A stretch of 64,000 nucleotides of DNA from Myxococcota bacterium (lineage in GTDB: Bacteria; Myxococcota_A; UBA796; UBA2385), in contig JBIJDH010000001.1 in the NCBI GenBank assembly GCA_044344255.1, positions 288,001 to 352,000 of the forward strand, in the 5' to 3' direction. The stretch's first letter is position 1, and each line of letters begins with the position of its first letter. Below the pieces are notes generated by a model. It saw nothing but the letters and a program-made list of their open reading frames with translations, did no database searches and had not been told where the DNA came from. Of the stretch, positions 17,700 to 27,501 are shown one piece after another. Both the position numbers and the translations under genes were made by a program.

Positions 17700-18641
17700 T
17701 CAGGGCCACGCCCCCTCGAAGGGCCCCGAGGCCCGCTCCCAGCGCTGCTCCTGGGTGGGGTAGAGCGAGCCGGCCCGGAGGAGGGCCTGGTTGTCGGGGT
17801 GGACGTCGAGCTCGAAGGCGTCCAACACGGGGAGCGAGACGCGGGCGGTGAGCCAGCAGGCGCCGAGGCCCTCCCCCACGGTCACCCGCAGGTCGCCGCG
17901 GAGGCTGCTCGGCGCGTAGCCGTCGCGGCTGGCGAGGCTCAGGCAGGGGCGCTCGGGCTCGCAGTCGGCCTGCAGGGCGGGGAGCAGGCGGCCGGCGGCC
18001 TCTACGCGGGCGTCGGCAGACCAGGCGGCGACGGCGGCCTCGGAGGGCGGGCGAACGGTGGGATCGACCGGCTGGAAGGCGGAGCTGGTGATGCTGCCCT
18101 TCTTGAGCGGGTTCTTGCCGCTCATCAGGTCCATGATCGGCAGGATGCCGGTGATCGTGCCGAGGAGGCCGCCGAGCTTCTTGATGCCCGTGAGGCTCTC
18201 GTGGGACTCGATGGTGGCCTCCGGCGCCGCGGGCAAGGCGAGGCCGGCGGCGGCGAGCATGCCGCGGGCGGTGTCGACGGCGCCGGGCGGGTAGGGCGGC
18301 CGGAGGGGGCCCCCGCGATAGACCGTGGCGCCGGTCACGACCACCTCCCAGAGGTCGGCCTCGGTGACGCCGTCGTGGAGCGTGAGGCCGAAGCGCCGCT
18401 CGATCTCCGCCGGGGGGAGGCGCCGGCCCGAGACGTGGGCGCCCCGGGCGGAGAGGACCCGCAGGGTGGCGGAGACCTCGTCGTCATCCCACTGTGGGCG
18501 GTAGCGCACCCGGCCGTGGGCGACGGCGCAGGCCCCGGCCACGTCTCCGCGGGCGAGGCGGCGGCGCACGGGCGAGCAGCCGACGGCGAGCGAGAGCGCG
18601 GCGGCCAGGGCGAGGAGCGGGCAGGCGGCGGCGGGCTTCAC
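17700..18641 (-). CDS. Hypothetical lipoprotein
   Basis: Signal peptide with AVGC lipobox; codon bias. Confidence 0.6.
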   Translation of the reverse strand: MKPAAACPLLALAAALSLAVGCSPVRRRLARGDVAGACAVAHGRVRYRPQWDDDEVSATLRVLSARGAHVSGRRLPPAEIERRFGLTLHDGVTEADLWEVVVTGATVYRGGPLRPPYPPGAVDTARGMLAAAGLALPAAPEATIESHESLTGIKKLGGLLGTITGILPIMDLMSGKNPLKKGSITSSAFQPVDPTVRPPSEAAVAAWSADARVEAAGRLLPALQADCEPERPCLSLASRDGYAPSSLRGDLRVTVGEGLGACWLTARVSLPVLDAFELDVHPDNQALLRAGSLYPTQEQRWERASGPFEGAWP

Positions 18642-18755
18642 CGCGGCAGCCTACCCCGCCCGGCCGGCCGCCGCGGGGAGGTGGAGCGGGGGACGCGGCT
18701 TGTGAGGCGGGGGTCGATCTGCTACCTTGCAGGGGCACCCCTCCCCGAGGTCCCG

Positions 18756-19094
18756 ATGCCTCCCGCCGCGCGTATCACCGACAACAGCCAGGGCATCCCC
18801 CACTGCCACTCGGTGCACCCCTGGAGCCCCATCCCGCACCCGGTGATCGGCCCCATCATCGTCGGCTCGGCGAACGTGATCATCGAGAAGCAGCCCGCGG
18901 CGCGCCTCAATGACACCGGCGTGCACAGCTCGGCGGTGTGCTGCGGGCCGAACACCTACATGATCACCCAGGGCTCGGGCACGGTCTTCACCAACAACCT
19001 GCCGCAGGCCCGGCTGGGAGACCAGACGCTGCACTGCTCGATGGCCTCGGGCGCCATCATCATGGGCGCGGGCACCGTCATCGTCGGCGGATGA
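18756..19094 (+). CDS. PAAR-repeat spike-tip protein
   Basis: PAARITD, PAARLND, PQARLGD; GS..V.I repeats; His/Cys ligands; ends VIVGG. Confidence 0.9.
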   Translation: MPPAARITDNSQGIPHCHSVHPWSPIPHPVIGPIIVGSANVIIEKQPAARLNDTGVHSSAVCCGPNTYMITQGSGTVFTNNLPQARLGDQTLHCSMASGAIIMGAGTVIVGG

Positions 19095-20020
19095 ACCTCT
19101 TCCTCACCCGGGGTTGTAACGAGCGCTGCGCCTTCTGCTACGCGGGCGACTTCTTCGACAAGGCCCCGGCCGGCGACGACGCGCAGCTCTTCCGCTCCCT
19201 CGCCCACTACGCCAGCCTCGTCGCGAAGGCCCCGCCGCTCCCGGCTTGGGACCCTGACGCCCCCGAGCTGGCGATGACCTACTACGCCTCCCGCTCGGTG
19301 GGCCTGCTCGGCGGCGAGCCCACGCTCTCTCCGCGCTTCGAGGCGATCGTCGAGGCCATCGCCGGGCACGGCCTCGGCCCGATCCTGTTCACGAACGGGA
19401 GCCGCCCCGACCGGGTGGCCGCGGTGGCGCACCGGCTGTGGAGCGTGACCATCAACGGCCACTTCGCGGCGCGGGCGCCCACCCTCGGCTTTGACATCAA
19501 GCGTATCTTCGCCAACCTGCCCGTCCGCCCGGGCGACGACGTGGTGGCCGCGCTCGAGGTCATTCGAGACGCAGGGATCCGCGGCGTCTTCCTCGCCTTC
19601 GCCACCCCCGTGGGCGGGGCGGACCCTCACTGTTTCACGCCGAATGACCAGGACGAGATGCGCCGGGTGCACGCGCTCGCCCTCGAGTTCTGCGAGCAGA
19701 GCGGCATCTACCTCGGCTACGACTGCTCCTTCCCCCTCTGCGTAGACGAGCGGGTGAAGCAGACGAAGTGTACGAGCGTGCCGGTGATGAACACGAGCGG
19801 CGAGGTCACCATCTGCGGGGGCGAGTACGCCTACGCCGACGGGCTCCGCCCCATCCAGGAATTCGACAGCCTCGAGGCCCTGCACACCTACACCTACGGC
19901 CTCATCACCGGGCTCCGCACCCTGCCCTCGCGCTTCGATATCTGCAATTCCTGTCCGGAATTCAACCAGCGCTGCCACGGGATGTGCCTCGCCTATCGGG
20001 ACCGCGGAGAGGCCGCGTAG
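19091..20020 (+). CDS. Radical SAM protein with SPASM-like domain
   Basis: CNERCAFC, GGEP, FTNG, Cx9Gx4C, CxxCx6Cx3C; ATGA overlap with PAAR stop. Confidence 0.9.
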   Translation: MNLFLTRGCNERCAFCYAGDFFDKAPAGDDAQLFRSLAHYASLVAKAPPLPAWDPDAPELAMTYYASRSVGLLGGEPTLSPRFEAIVEAIAGHGLGPILFTNGSRPDRVAAVAHRLWSVTINGHFAARAPTLGFDIKRIFANLPVRPGDDVVAALEVIRDAGIRGVFLAFATPVGGADPHCFTPNDQDEMRRVHALALEFCEQSGIYLGYDCSFPLCVDERVKQTKCTSVPVMNTSGEVTICGGEYAYADGLRPIQEFDSLEALHTYTYGLITGLRTLPSRFDICNSCPEFNQRCHGMCLAYRDRGEAA

Positions 20021-20048
20021 GCGCGATCCGTGGAGGGCTGGACGCCCC

Positions 20049-22628
20049 TCAGCCGCTCGCCCCCGCCCCGCTCCCGAGCGAGGGCGGCGCCGCCCGACCG
20101 CGCACGTGGCGGTCCTGCACGTCCAACATGCGCAGCAGGTCGAGGTAGATCTGCTCCGCCGAGTACCCTTGGAGCTGCGCCACCGGGCGGTTGGTGCGCC
20201 GCCAGAGGCTCCAGTCGCGGGTCAGGATCTCGAGGCCGTGCCTTTCGGGCGCGTTGAAGTAGGGCGTGCCCGGATAGGGCGAGAAGGTGGACAGATCGAG
20301 CCACTGGAGCAGCCCGTCGGCGAAGAGGCGGTCCACCACCCCCCGGCTGACGGCGCCCTCCTCGGGGCTGTCGCCGGGGTGGCCGATGATGAGGAAGCCC
20401 GAGGCCGACAGGCCGCCCGCCTGGGCGAGGCGGAGGCCCGCCTCGATCTGCGGCACGGTGATGGCCTTGTTCATCGTGTCGAGGACCCGCTGGGAGCCGC
20501 TCTCGACGCCCACGCAGACCCAGCGCATCCCCGCCTCGCGCATCTGTCGCGCGCCCTCCTCGGTGAGCGTGTCGAGGCGGGAGAGGAGGCCGAAGTTCGG
20601 GTGGAGGTGCGGGCTCCGGCCGAGCGCGGAGACGAGCTCCTGGAAGAAGGGCGTGCGCATGTCGAGCATGCTGTCATCGATGCCCTGGAGGTGGTTGCCG
20701 TAGGCGGCGAGGCGGTCCATCTCCGCCACCACCCGCGCCACCGGGTGCTCCCGCACAACCCCGCCCCAGTAGCGAAACTCATGACAGAAGCGGCAGCGAT
20801 AGGCGCAGCCTCGGCTCGTCAGCGCCGTGATGTCCATCACCTCGACGAAGCGCCGCGGGAGGAGGCCGAAGTCCTCGGCGGGCAGCGTGAGCACGTCGCC
20901 GAGCGGGCGCTTGGGGTTCACTCGGATCGAGCCGTCGGGGGCGCGGTAGGTGATCCCGGCCACGGTCGAGAGGTCATCGCCGGCGTCGAGGGCCCGGATG
21001 AGCGCGAGGGCGGTCCACTCCCCCTCTCCCCGCACCACGACGTCAATGGCCGGGGTCTCCCGGAGGCAGGCCTCGTCTTGATAGGTGACGTGCGGCCCGC
21101 CGATGAGGATGGGCACCTGGGCGTCGAGGGCCCGCACCGCCGCCGCCACCGACTGACCGGCTGGATAGAGGTAGGAGAAGGTGACCGAGACGCCCACCGC
21201 CCGCGGCGACAGGCTCTCCACCGCGTCGCGAATGGCCCGCGACACCCGTTCGGCCGCCTCTCCCGGCGACAAGTGCGGCTCCGCCACGTGCGCGAGCGGC
21301 AGCACGACCGCCGGGACGCCGTGGGCCTGGAGGAAGGAGGCCACGCTCACCGCCCCCCGCGGGAAGAGCGGCCCGGTCGCGCCGTGGGCGGCCGGCACGA
21401 TGAAGAGCACGGGGCCGCTGCGGCTGCCGCGGCGGCGGCGGAGGGCGGCGGTGGAGATGTTGAGCGAGCGGTCCTCGACGGGGGTGTACATCATCCCCGC
21501 CTCGCGCACCCGCAGCCCGTGGGTCTCTTCGAGAGCCACGACCGCGCCCTGCAGCAAGATGGCCTCGGGGAGGGCGCCGGCGAAGCGGAGGACATCGACC
21601 CTCGCCCCCTGCACCTGCATGAGGGCGTCCGTGTCTCCGAGCGCCTGGGCGAGCTGGGCGGCGCGGTCGAGCTCCACCGTGGCCTCCGGCAGGCGCCCAA
21701 CGGCGATGAGGGCGAGGCCGCGGTTCTGACGGAGGCGCTGCTCGACCGCGCCGCCCGAGAGGCTCTGCGGGAAGACACCGGCCGCCTCGTCGAGGAGGAC
21801 CACGGCGCGGGCTGGATCGCGGCCCTGGTACTGGAGGCCGCCGAGGTTGACGAGGGTGGTGGCGAGGTCCTCCGGCGAGGCGGCCACCCGCAGCACCGGC
21901 AGCGCCGCCTCATAGGCCGCCGCGGCCCCCGGGCCGTCCCCCGCCGCGTGCCGGGCGCCGGCGAGGCCGAGGCAGGCCCGGGCGTGGTCCGTCACCGCGA
22001 GGTCGGGCAGGGCGGCCTCGAAGGCCTGTGCGGCCTCGGCCCAGCGACCGGCCCCCGCCTCGAGCTCCCCCTCGGCGAGCGAGGCGAGGCCCGCCGCCGA
22101 GGGGCGCCCCTGGGCCTGGGCGGCGACGCGGGCCGCCGAGAGGGCCTCCCGCGCGGCGTCGCGCTCCCCGCCCTTGTGCAGGGCCCGCCCGAGGTTGCAG
22201 AGGGTGAGCGGCTCGGGGGGCAGCTCCGCCGCGGCGAGGCGGGCGAGGGCCGAGCGCGCGTGGCGGGCCGCCGCGCCGGCCGCGCCGCGGTGGAGGGCGG
22301 CGGCGGCGAGGTTGCCCTCGGCCCAGGCGGCGCCCGCGGGGTCGCCCTCCACGAGCAGCCGGTCGCGCGCGGCCTCGAGGTGCCGCTCCGCGCCGGGATC
22401 GCCGGTGACCAGCGCCACGACGCCGGCGCCGAGGCTCGCCCGACCGGAGGGGCCGGCGGCGAGGGCGCCCGCGTAGGCCTCGGCGGAGAGCGCGTACTCG
22501 CCGCGCTCCCGGTGCAGGTCTCCCAGGCGGACGAGGGCCAGCCCCCAGTCGGAGGGGCCTGCGAGGGCGGTGCCGAGGCGGGAGTAGAGCCCCCCGTCGG
22601 AGGGTCGGTCAGCGTGCGCGGCGGTCAT
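20049..22628 (-). CDS. TPR + cobalamin-binding radical SAM protein
   Basis: About 370 aa of TPRs; GGPHVT, VVRGEGE, TSRGCAYRCRFC, GVESGS, PYPGTP. Confidence 0.9.
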   Translation of the reverse strand: MTAAHADRPSDGGLYSRLGTALAGPSDWGLALVRLGDLHRERGEYALSAEAYAGALAAGPSGRASLGAGVVALVTGDPGAERHLEAARDRLLVEGDPAGAAWAEGNLAAAALHRGAAGAAARHARSALARLAAAELPPEPLTLCNLGRALHKGGERDAAREALSAARVAAQAQGRPSAAGLASLAEGELEAGAGRWAEAAQAFEAALPDLAVTDHARACLGLAGARHAAGDGPGAAAAYEAALPVLRVAASPEDLATTLVNLGGLQYQGRDPARAVVLLDEAAGVFPQSLSGGAVEQRLRQNRGLALIAVGRLPEATVELDRAAQLAQALGDTDALMQVQGARVDVLRFAGALPEAILLQGAVVALEETHGLRVREAGMMYTPVEDRSLNISTAALRRRRGSRSGPVLFIVPAAHGATGPLFPRGAVSVASFLQAHGVPAVVLPLAHVAEPHLSPGEAAERVSRAIRDAVESLSPRAVGVSVTFSYLYPAGQSVAAAVRALDAQVPILIGGPHVTYQDEACLRETPAIDVVVRGEGEWTALALIRALDAGDDLSTVAGITYRAPDGSIRVNPKRPLGDVLTLPAEDFGLLPRRFVEVMDITALTSRGCAYRCRFCHEFRYWGGVVREHPVARVVAEMDRLAAYGNHLQGIDDSMLDMRTPFFQELVSALGRSPHLHPNFGLLSRLDTLTEEGARQMREAGMRWVCVGVESGSQRVLDTMNKAITVPQIEAGLRLAQAGGLSASGFLIIGHPGDSPEEGAVSRGVVDRLFADGLLQWLDLSTFSPYPGTPYFNAPERHGLEILTRDWSLWRRTNRPVAQLQGYSAEQIYLDLLRMLDVQDRHVRGRAAPPSLGSGAGASG

Positions 22629-22704
22629 CGGGGGAGCCTACCCCACGTCGCCTCCCCCGCCCGTCCCCTCCCCCGCCCGGCTCCTCGCAGGCTAAGGCAG
22701 CTCC

Positions 22705-23559
22705 ATGCTGCTGCTCACCCTCTCTTCCACCGTCATCGCGGCCCTGGCCGCCGAGCCCGCGCCGACCGCCTACCCCGTGACCTTCCCGGCGGTGGTCGAG
22801 CCCATCGACGCCGAGACGGTCCGCCTGCGCTGGCGAGACACCTGGCAGCAGCTCCGCTGGTCCGACGGCGCCATCCTCGCCAGCGGGCCCGATCCCCTCG
22901 GCGGCTTCGAGCCCCAAGGGGAGGCTTGGATGCAGCACCTCGGCGCCCCCGGCGGCGTGTGGACCGTCGGCCCCCGCTGGAGCGCGATCTGGGAGGCGCC
23001 CGGGAAGGAGCCCGTCTACATCCACCTGGGCGACGAGGCCGAGCCGATGATGGTGGGCGTGGTGGTGACCGACGCCGCCGGTGAGCCGCGCCTCGTCGTC
23101 GAGACCAACGACCGGCTGCTGCTCGTGAGCAAAGACGGCCAGCTCCGGCGCATCGGCGGGGCCGGGGCCCAGGGGCCGGCGCCGGTCCTCGGCGGCTTCG
23201 CCTGGCTCGACGACAAGACCCTGCACATCGCCGATCCCAAGGCCGCTGACCGCTGCAAGGCCCGGCTCTCGAACGGCCCGCGCGGCGGGGCGGTGGGCAA
23301 CCCCGAGGCGCCCTGGGTGGGCCTCTGGTCGGCCGGCGGCCTCGAGGTGTGGGACGCCCGCACCTGCGCCCGCATCGGAGAGGTGCCGGCCGTCCGCCTC
23401 GACGCCGTGGGCTTCCGCGGCGACGGGCTGGTCGTGGCCCACGAGGGCGGCGGCTCCGAGCGTTACGCCCTGCCCTCCCTCACCCCGCTGCCGCCTGTGC
23501 CTGCGCCGCCCGCTCCCGCCCCTGCGGCGCCGCCCGCGCCCGTCTCGCCCGCGCCCTGA
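22705..23559 (+). CDS. Hypothetical secreted beta-rich protein
   Basis: Signal peptide; Trp-rich strands; Pro-rich tail. Confidence 0.6.
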   Translation: MLLLTLSSTVIAALAAEPAPTAYPVTFPAVVEPIDAETVRLRWRDTWQQLRWSDGAILASGPDPLGGFEPQGEAWMQHLGAPGGVWTVGPRWSAIWEAPGKEPVYIHLGDEAEPMMVGVVVTDAAGEPRLVVETNDRLLLVSKDGQLRRIGGAGAQGPAPVLGGFAWLDDKTLHIADPKAADRCKARLSNGPRGGAVGNPEAPWVGLWSAGGLEVWDARTCARIGEVPAVRLDAVGFRGDGLVVAHEGGGSERYALPSLTPLPPVPAPPAPAPAAPPAPVSPAP

Positions 23560-23646
23560 GCGGCCGGGGGGCCCCGCGCGGCCCCCGTGGTGTAGCATCC
23601 CCCGCGAAGGCCGGATCTCCCGCCGGCCCTCCCCGGGACCAGAGCC

Positions 23647-24945
23647 ATGACCGACAGCGGGCGCCGCTTCCTCGACATGAACGCCTACCAGTGGACCGTG
23701 CTCGGGGCGGCCTGGCTCGGCTGGGGCTTCGATGTCTTCGACGGCCTCCTCTTCAACTACGTGGCGCCCAACTGCGTGCCCACGCTGCTCGGCATCCCGC
23801 TCGGCACGCCGGAGGCGAAGAGCGCGGCCCTCTTCTGGACGGGCACCCTCACCTCCGTCCTGCTGGTCGGCTGGGCCATCGGGGGCATCGTCTTCGCCCG
23901 CGTCGCCGACCGCATCGGCCGCGCCCGCACCCTCCTCATCACGATGCTGCTCTACGCCCTCGGCACGGCCGCCTGCGCCTTCGCCCCGAACATGGCCTTC
24001 CTCGTGGTCTGTCGCTTCATCGCCAGCCTGGGCATCGGCGGCGAGTGGGCGGCCGGCGCAGCGATGGTGGCGGAGGTCGTGCCCGAGAAGCGGCGGGTGG
24101 AGGCCGGGGCGCTGCTCTACACCTCGGCCCCGCTCGGCCTCTTCCTCGCCACCTTCACGACCTACCAGATCCAGGGTGTCTTCTTCAAGGACAGCCCCGA
24201 GACGGCCTGGCGCTACGTCTTCCTCTGCGGCCTCATCCCGGCCGCGGTGGCCTTCGTGGTGCGCATCTTCGTCAAGGAGCCCGAGCGCTGGAAGGCCGTG
24301 GCCGGCGCGGTGCCCCGGATGTCGGAGATCTTCGGCCCCGCCCTCCGCCGGCGCACCGCGAGCGGCCTCGTGATGGCCCTGGTCGCGCTGCTCATGTGGT
24401 GGAGCTGCAACGCCTTCATCCCGCTCATCTCCTCAGGGCTGGCCGTCGCGAGCGGCCACCCCGCCGAGGCCGAGGCCTGGAAGGCCACCGCCACCAACAT
24501 GTTCAACATCGGCGGCCTGCTCGGCACCCTGCTCACCGTGCCGATCTCCAAGCTGCTCGGCCGCCGCTCGATGTTCGGGCTGTACTTCGCGGGGTCGGCT
24601 TTGGCGATCGCCGCCGCCTTCGGCCTCGACATCGACGCCCACAGCCGCCTCTACCTCTACTTCCCGATCGGGCTCACGGTCTTCGGCGTCTTCGGGAGCT
24701 TCACCTACTACCTGCCCGAGCTCTTCCCCACCCGCCTGCGCGGGACCGGCGCCGGCTTCTGTTACAACGCCGGTCGCGTGATCACCGCCGCCGGCCCCTT
24801 CCTCGTGGGCAGCATCGCCAGCCGGGGCGCCAACGCGCTCGAGACGGCGATGGATCTCCTCTTCTGGGTGAGCGTGGTCCCGCTGGTGGGCCTGCTCGCC
24901 TTGCCCCTCGTGGTCGAGACCAAGGGGCAGGTCCTCGCCGACTGA
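23647..24945 (+). CDS. MFS transporter
   Basis: DRIGR loop, GIGGEW, PELFPTRLRGTG, about 12 TM. Confidence 0.95.
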   Translation: MTDSGRRFLDMNAYQWTVLGAAWLGWGFDVFDGLLFNYVAPNCVPTLLGIPLGTPEAKSAALFWTGTLTSVLLVGWAIGGIVFARVADRIGRARTLLITMLLYALGTAACAFAPNMAFLVVCRFIASLGIGGEWAAGAAMVAEVVPEKRRVEAGALLYTSAPLGLFLATFTTYQIQGVFFKDSPETAWRYVFLCGLIPAAVAFVVRIFVKEPERWKAVAGAVPRMSEIFGPALRRRTASGLVMALVALLMWWSCNAFIPLISSGLAVASGHPAEAEAWKATATNMFNIGGLLGTLLTVPISKLLGRRSMFGLYFAGSALAIAAAFGLDIDAHSRLYLYFPIGLTVFGVFGSFTYYLPELFPTRLRGTGAGFCYNAGRVITAAGPFLVGSIASRGANALETAMDLLFWVSVVPLVGLLALPLVVETKGQVLAD

Positions 24946-24992
24946 GGCCCGACTCGACTGAGCCCCGCCCAGGCGGATCACCCCGGAGCGCC

Positions 24993-25484
24993 ATGCGTCG
25001 CCGCCTCCCCCTCCTCGCCGCCCTCCTGCTCCTCCTCGGCGGCGTGGCGGGGTTCCTCCTGCTCCGGACCCCCTCCGAGGAGGAGCGGGTGCGGCGGGTC
25101 ATCCAGGACATCGCCGCCGCCGCCGAGGAGGCCGATCTCAGCGGCGTCATCGACCACGTCGACCGCGGCTACCGGGATGAGGACGGCCTCGACCGCGACA
25201 TCATCAAGCTGTTCCTCTTCGACCAGTTCCGCAAGCGCGGCCCCCTGCGCGTCCTCATCGGGCCGATCGCCGTGACGATCGAGGGCGAGGCCCGCGCGAG
25301 CGCCTCCTTCGACGCCGTGCTCACCGAGGGCAGCGAGGCCTCCTTCTGGCCCAAGGACGCCGACGCCCAGCACTTCGAGGTGGAGCTCGTCAACCGGGAG
25401 GGGGACTGGCTGGTGCTGTCGCAGACCCACGAGCCCGCCCTCGCCCTCCCAGCCCCGCCGGTCGCCCCGCCGGTCGCCCCCTGA
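24993..25484 (+). CDS. Membrane-anchored NTF2/SnoaL-like protein
   Basis: N-terminal TM; EEERVRRVI...Y.D...GDWLV pattern. Confidence 0.65.
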   Translation: MRRRLPLLAALLLLLGGVAGFLLLRTPSEEERVRRVIQDIAAAAEEADLSGVIDHVDRGYRDEDGLDRDIIKLFLFDQFRKRGPLRVLIGPIAVTIEGEARASASFDAVLTEGSEASFWPKDADAQHFEVELVNREGDWLVLSQTHEPALALPAPPVAPPVAP

Positions 25485-26779
25485 TCGTCGCCCCCGCGCG
25501 CCCGGGCGGACGGTGGCTCCGGAGCGGGCTGGCGGTCGCCCTGCTGCTGGTCTCGGCCGCCGCGCTCACCCGCTCCCACCACGCGGCCCTCACGCTCCGC
25601 TCCCCCGCCGCCCGGGCCGAGGCCGCCCTCCCCGCGCTCCGCTTCCTCGACCACAGCGTGCGCAGCGGCGGCGCCGACGAGATGCAGGGCCTCTTCCCCG
25701 AAGGCTACCTGTTCACGGTCGTGCTCGACGGCCTCGGCTGGGTCGATCAGGGGCTCGCCGCGCCCGCCCGCGCCCCCGAGGCCGGGGAGCGCGCGCGGGC
25801 CCTGCTCGCCCAGGCCGAGTCCGCGAAGGGCACCGACCCCTTCAACCCTGAGCTCGACCCTCCCTTCGGCGTCTTCTACCAGGGCTGGGTGCTCCGCCTA
25901 CAGGTGGGGGTGGCCCTGCTCGGGGAGGCGCCGCTCGGGGAGGCGCGCGCGGCCGAGCGGGAGGCCCTCCGCGCCCGATGCGCCGCCGTCGCCGCCGCCT
26001 TCGACCGCTCGCCCACCCCCTTCCTGCCCTCCTACGCCGGGATGAGCTGGCCGGTAGACGCCGTCGTCGCTGCCGCCAACCTCCCCGCCTGTGACCGCCT
26101 CGCCGGCACCGACACCCGCGCCACCCAGGCCCGCTGGCTCCGCCTCGCCCAGGCCCGGGTTGATCCCGCCACCGGCCTCCTGCCCCACACCGCCGATCCC
26201 CTCACCGGCGCCCCCACCTCCAAGCCGCGGGGGAGCTCCCTCTCGATCATCGCCCGCACCCTCCACGAGCTCGATCCAGCCTGGGGGCTCACCCACTACG
26301 AGGGCCTGCAGCGGCGCTTCTTCGTCACCCGCCTGGGTGTGCCGGGCGTGACCGAGCACGAGGGCGGCGGCGGCGACGGCGACATCGACGCAGGGCCCTT
26401 GGTCTTCGGGGTCAGCCTGTCGGCCACCGTCGTCAGCGCCGGGGCGGCCCGGCTCTACGAGGACGACGCCTTCGCCGACGCCGTGCTGGACGTCGGCGAG
26501 ATCGTGGGCCTGCCCCTCACCCTCGGCGGGGAGAAGCGCTATGCAGCGGGGCTCCTGCCGGTGGGGGACGCCTTCGGCGCCTGGTCCACCGCGCCGGTCG
26601 AGCGGGGCGGGCCGCGGCCCGCCGCCCGCGGCGCTGTCCCCGGCCCGCTCTGGCGGCTCCCCTGGGAGCTCGGCTGGGGCTCGCTCTTCCTCTTCCTCTC
26701 CCGGCTCCTCTCCCTGCACCTGGCCCGCGCCGCCCGCGGGCTCTCCCGGTCGCTCCGATCCCCGCCGCCCCCACCATGA
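25481..26779 (+). CDS. Hypothetical membrane-anchored helical protein, possibly distant linalool dehydratase-like; start uncertain (CTG 25481 or GTG 25658)
   Basis: SYAGMSWPVD, PRGSS, GDIDAGP motifs; the in-frame upstream extension encodes a hydrophobic helix. Confidence 0.6.
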   Translation: MIVAPARPGGRWLRSGLAVALLLVSAAALTRSHHAALTLRSPAARAEAALPALRFLDHSVRSGGADEMQGLFPEGYLFTVVLDGLGWVDQGLAAPARAPEAGERARALLAQAESAKGTDPFNPELDPPFGVFYQGWVLRLQVGVALLGEAPLGEARAAEREALRARCAAVAAAFDRSPTPFLPSYAGMSWPVDAVVAAANLPACDRLAGTDTRATQARWLRLAQARVDPATGLLPHTADPLTGAPTSKPRGSSLSIIARTLHELDPAWGLTHYEGLQRRFFVTRLGVPGVTEHEGGGGDGDIDAGPLVFGVSLSATVVSAGAARLYEDDAFADAVLDVGEIVGLPLTLGGEKRYAAGLLPVGDAFGAWSTAPVERGGPRPAARGAVPGPLWRLPWELGWGSLFLFLSRLLSLHLARAARGLSRSLRSPPPPP

Positions 26780-27501
26780 CCCTGCGCACCCTCCGCCCCC
26801 TGCGCGACGGCCTGCCCCTGCTGACGCTGTTCGTCGTGCTCAACCTGCACTTCGAGCTCCGCGAGGATGAGCTGTGGGTCGTGCTCCCCACCGTGGGGCG
26901 GGCCATGGTGTCCACGCTCGGCCTGCTCGGCCTCGCCGCCCCCCTCGGCTGGATCAGCGGGGCGCTCCTGGCCTCGGTCCTCCCCACCCTCCGCGGCCTC
27001 GACGGGCCGCTCCAGGCCCTCGGCGCGGCGCTGCGGGCCCTGCCCGTCTTCACGGCCGGCCTGCTGTTGATGCGCGGCGAGGTCGCGGAGGGCGCCTCCC
27101 ACGCCCTCCTCCTCCCCGCCCTCGCGCTGTCCATACCGGTCGCAGGCGGGGTCCTCCGCCGCAGCCGCGCCGGGCTGCGCGAGCTCACCGACACGGGGCG
27201 CTGCCTGTCGGCCACCCTGCGCCCCTTGCGGATCGGCCTGCCGCGCCTGCTGCCCCGCCTCTGGTCCCAGACGAGCCTGCTCACCTTCCTCGGAGAGGCC
27301 CTGATCATCGAGGTCGTCTTCGGGCGGGCCGGGCTCGGTCGCCTCACGGTGGCCGCCGCCTTCGGCGAGGACGCGCCGATGCTCGCAGGGGCCGCCCTCG
27401 GCTTCGCGCTGCTGGTCGCCCTCGGCCAGGCGGCGCGGGCCCTGCTGCGGGCCCTGCTCAGCCCCTCCTTCAGCCCATTGTTCAGCCGCCCGCGCCCTTG
27501 A
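26776..27501 (+). CDS. Divergent ABC permease (DppB/OppB-like)
   Basis: IIEVVFGRAGLGRL...D.PM motif; ATGA overlap with the upstream gene. Confidence 0.65.
   Translation: MTLRTLRPLRDGLPLLTLFVVLNLHFELREDELWVVLPTVGRAMVSTLGLLGLAAPLGWISGALLASVLPTLRGLDGPLQALGAALRALPVFTAGLLLMRGEVAEGASHALLLPALALSIPVAGGVLRRSRAGLRELTDTGRCLSATLRPLRIGLPRLLPRLWSQTSLLTFLGEALIIEVVFGRAGLGRLTVAAAFGEDAPMLAGAALGFALLVALGQAARALLRALLSPSFSPLFSRPRP

Noticed and set aside
18756..19094. Complete T6SS or eCIS locus
   Set aside because: No VgrG, tube, sheath or baseplate genes in the window
19091..20020. Prokaryotic viperin
   Set aside because: Has SPASM-type Cys clusters; only the generic CxxxCxxC is shared
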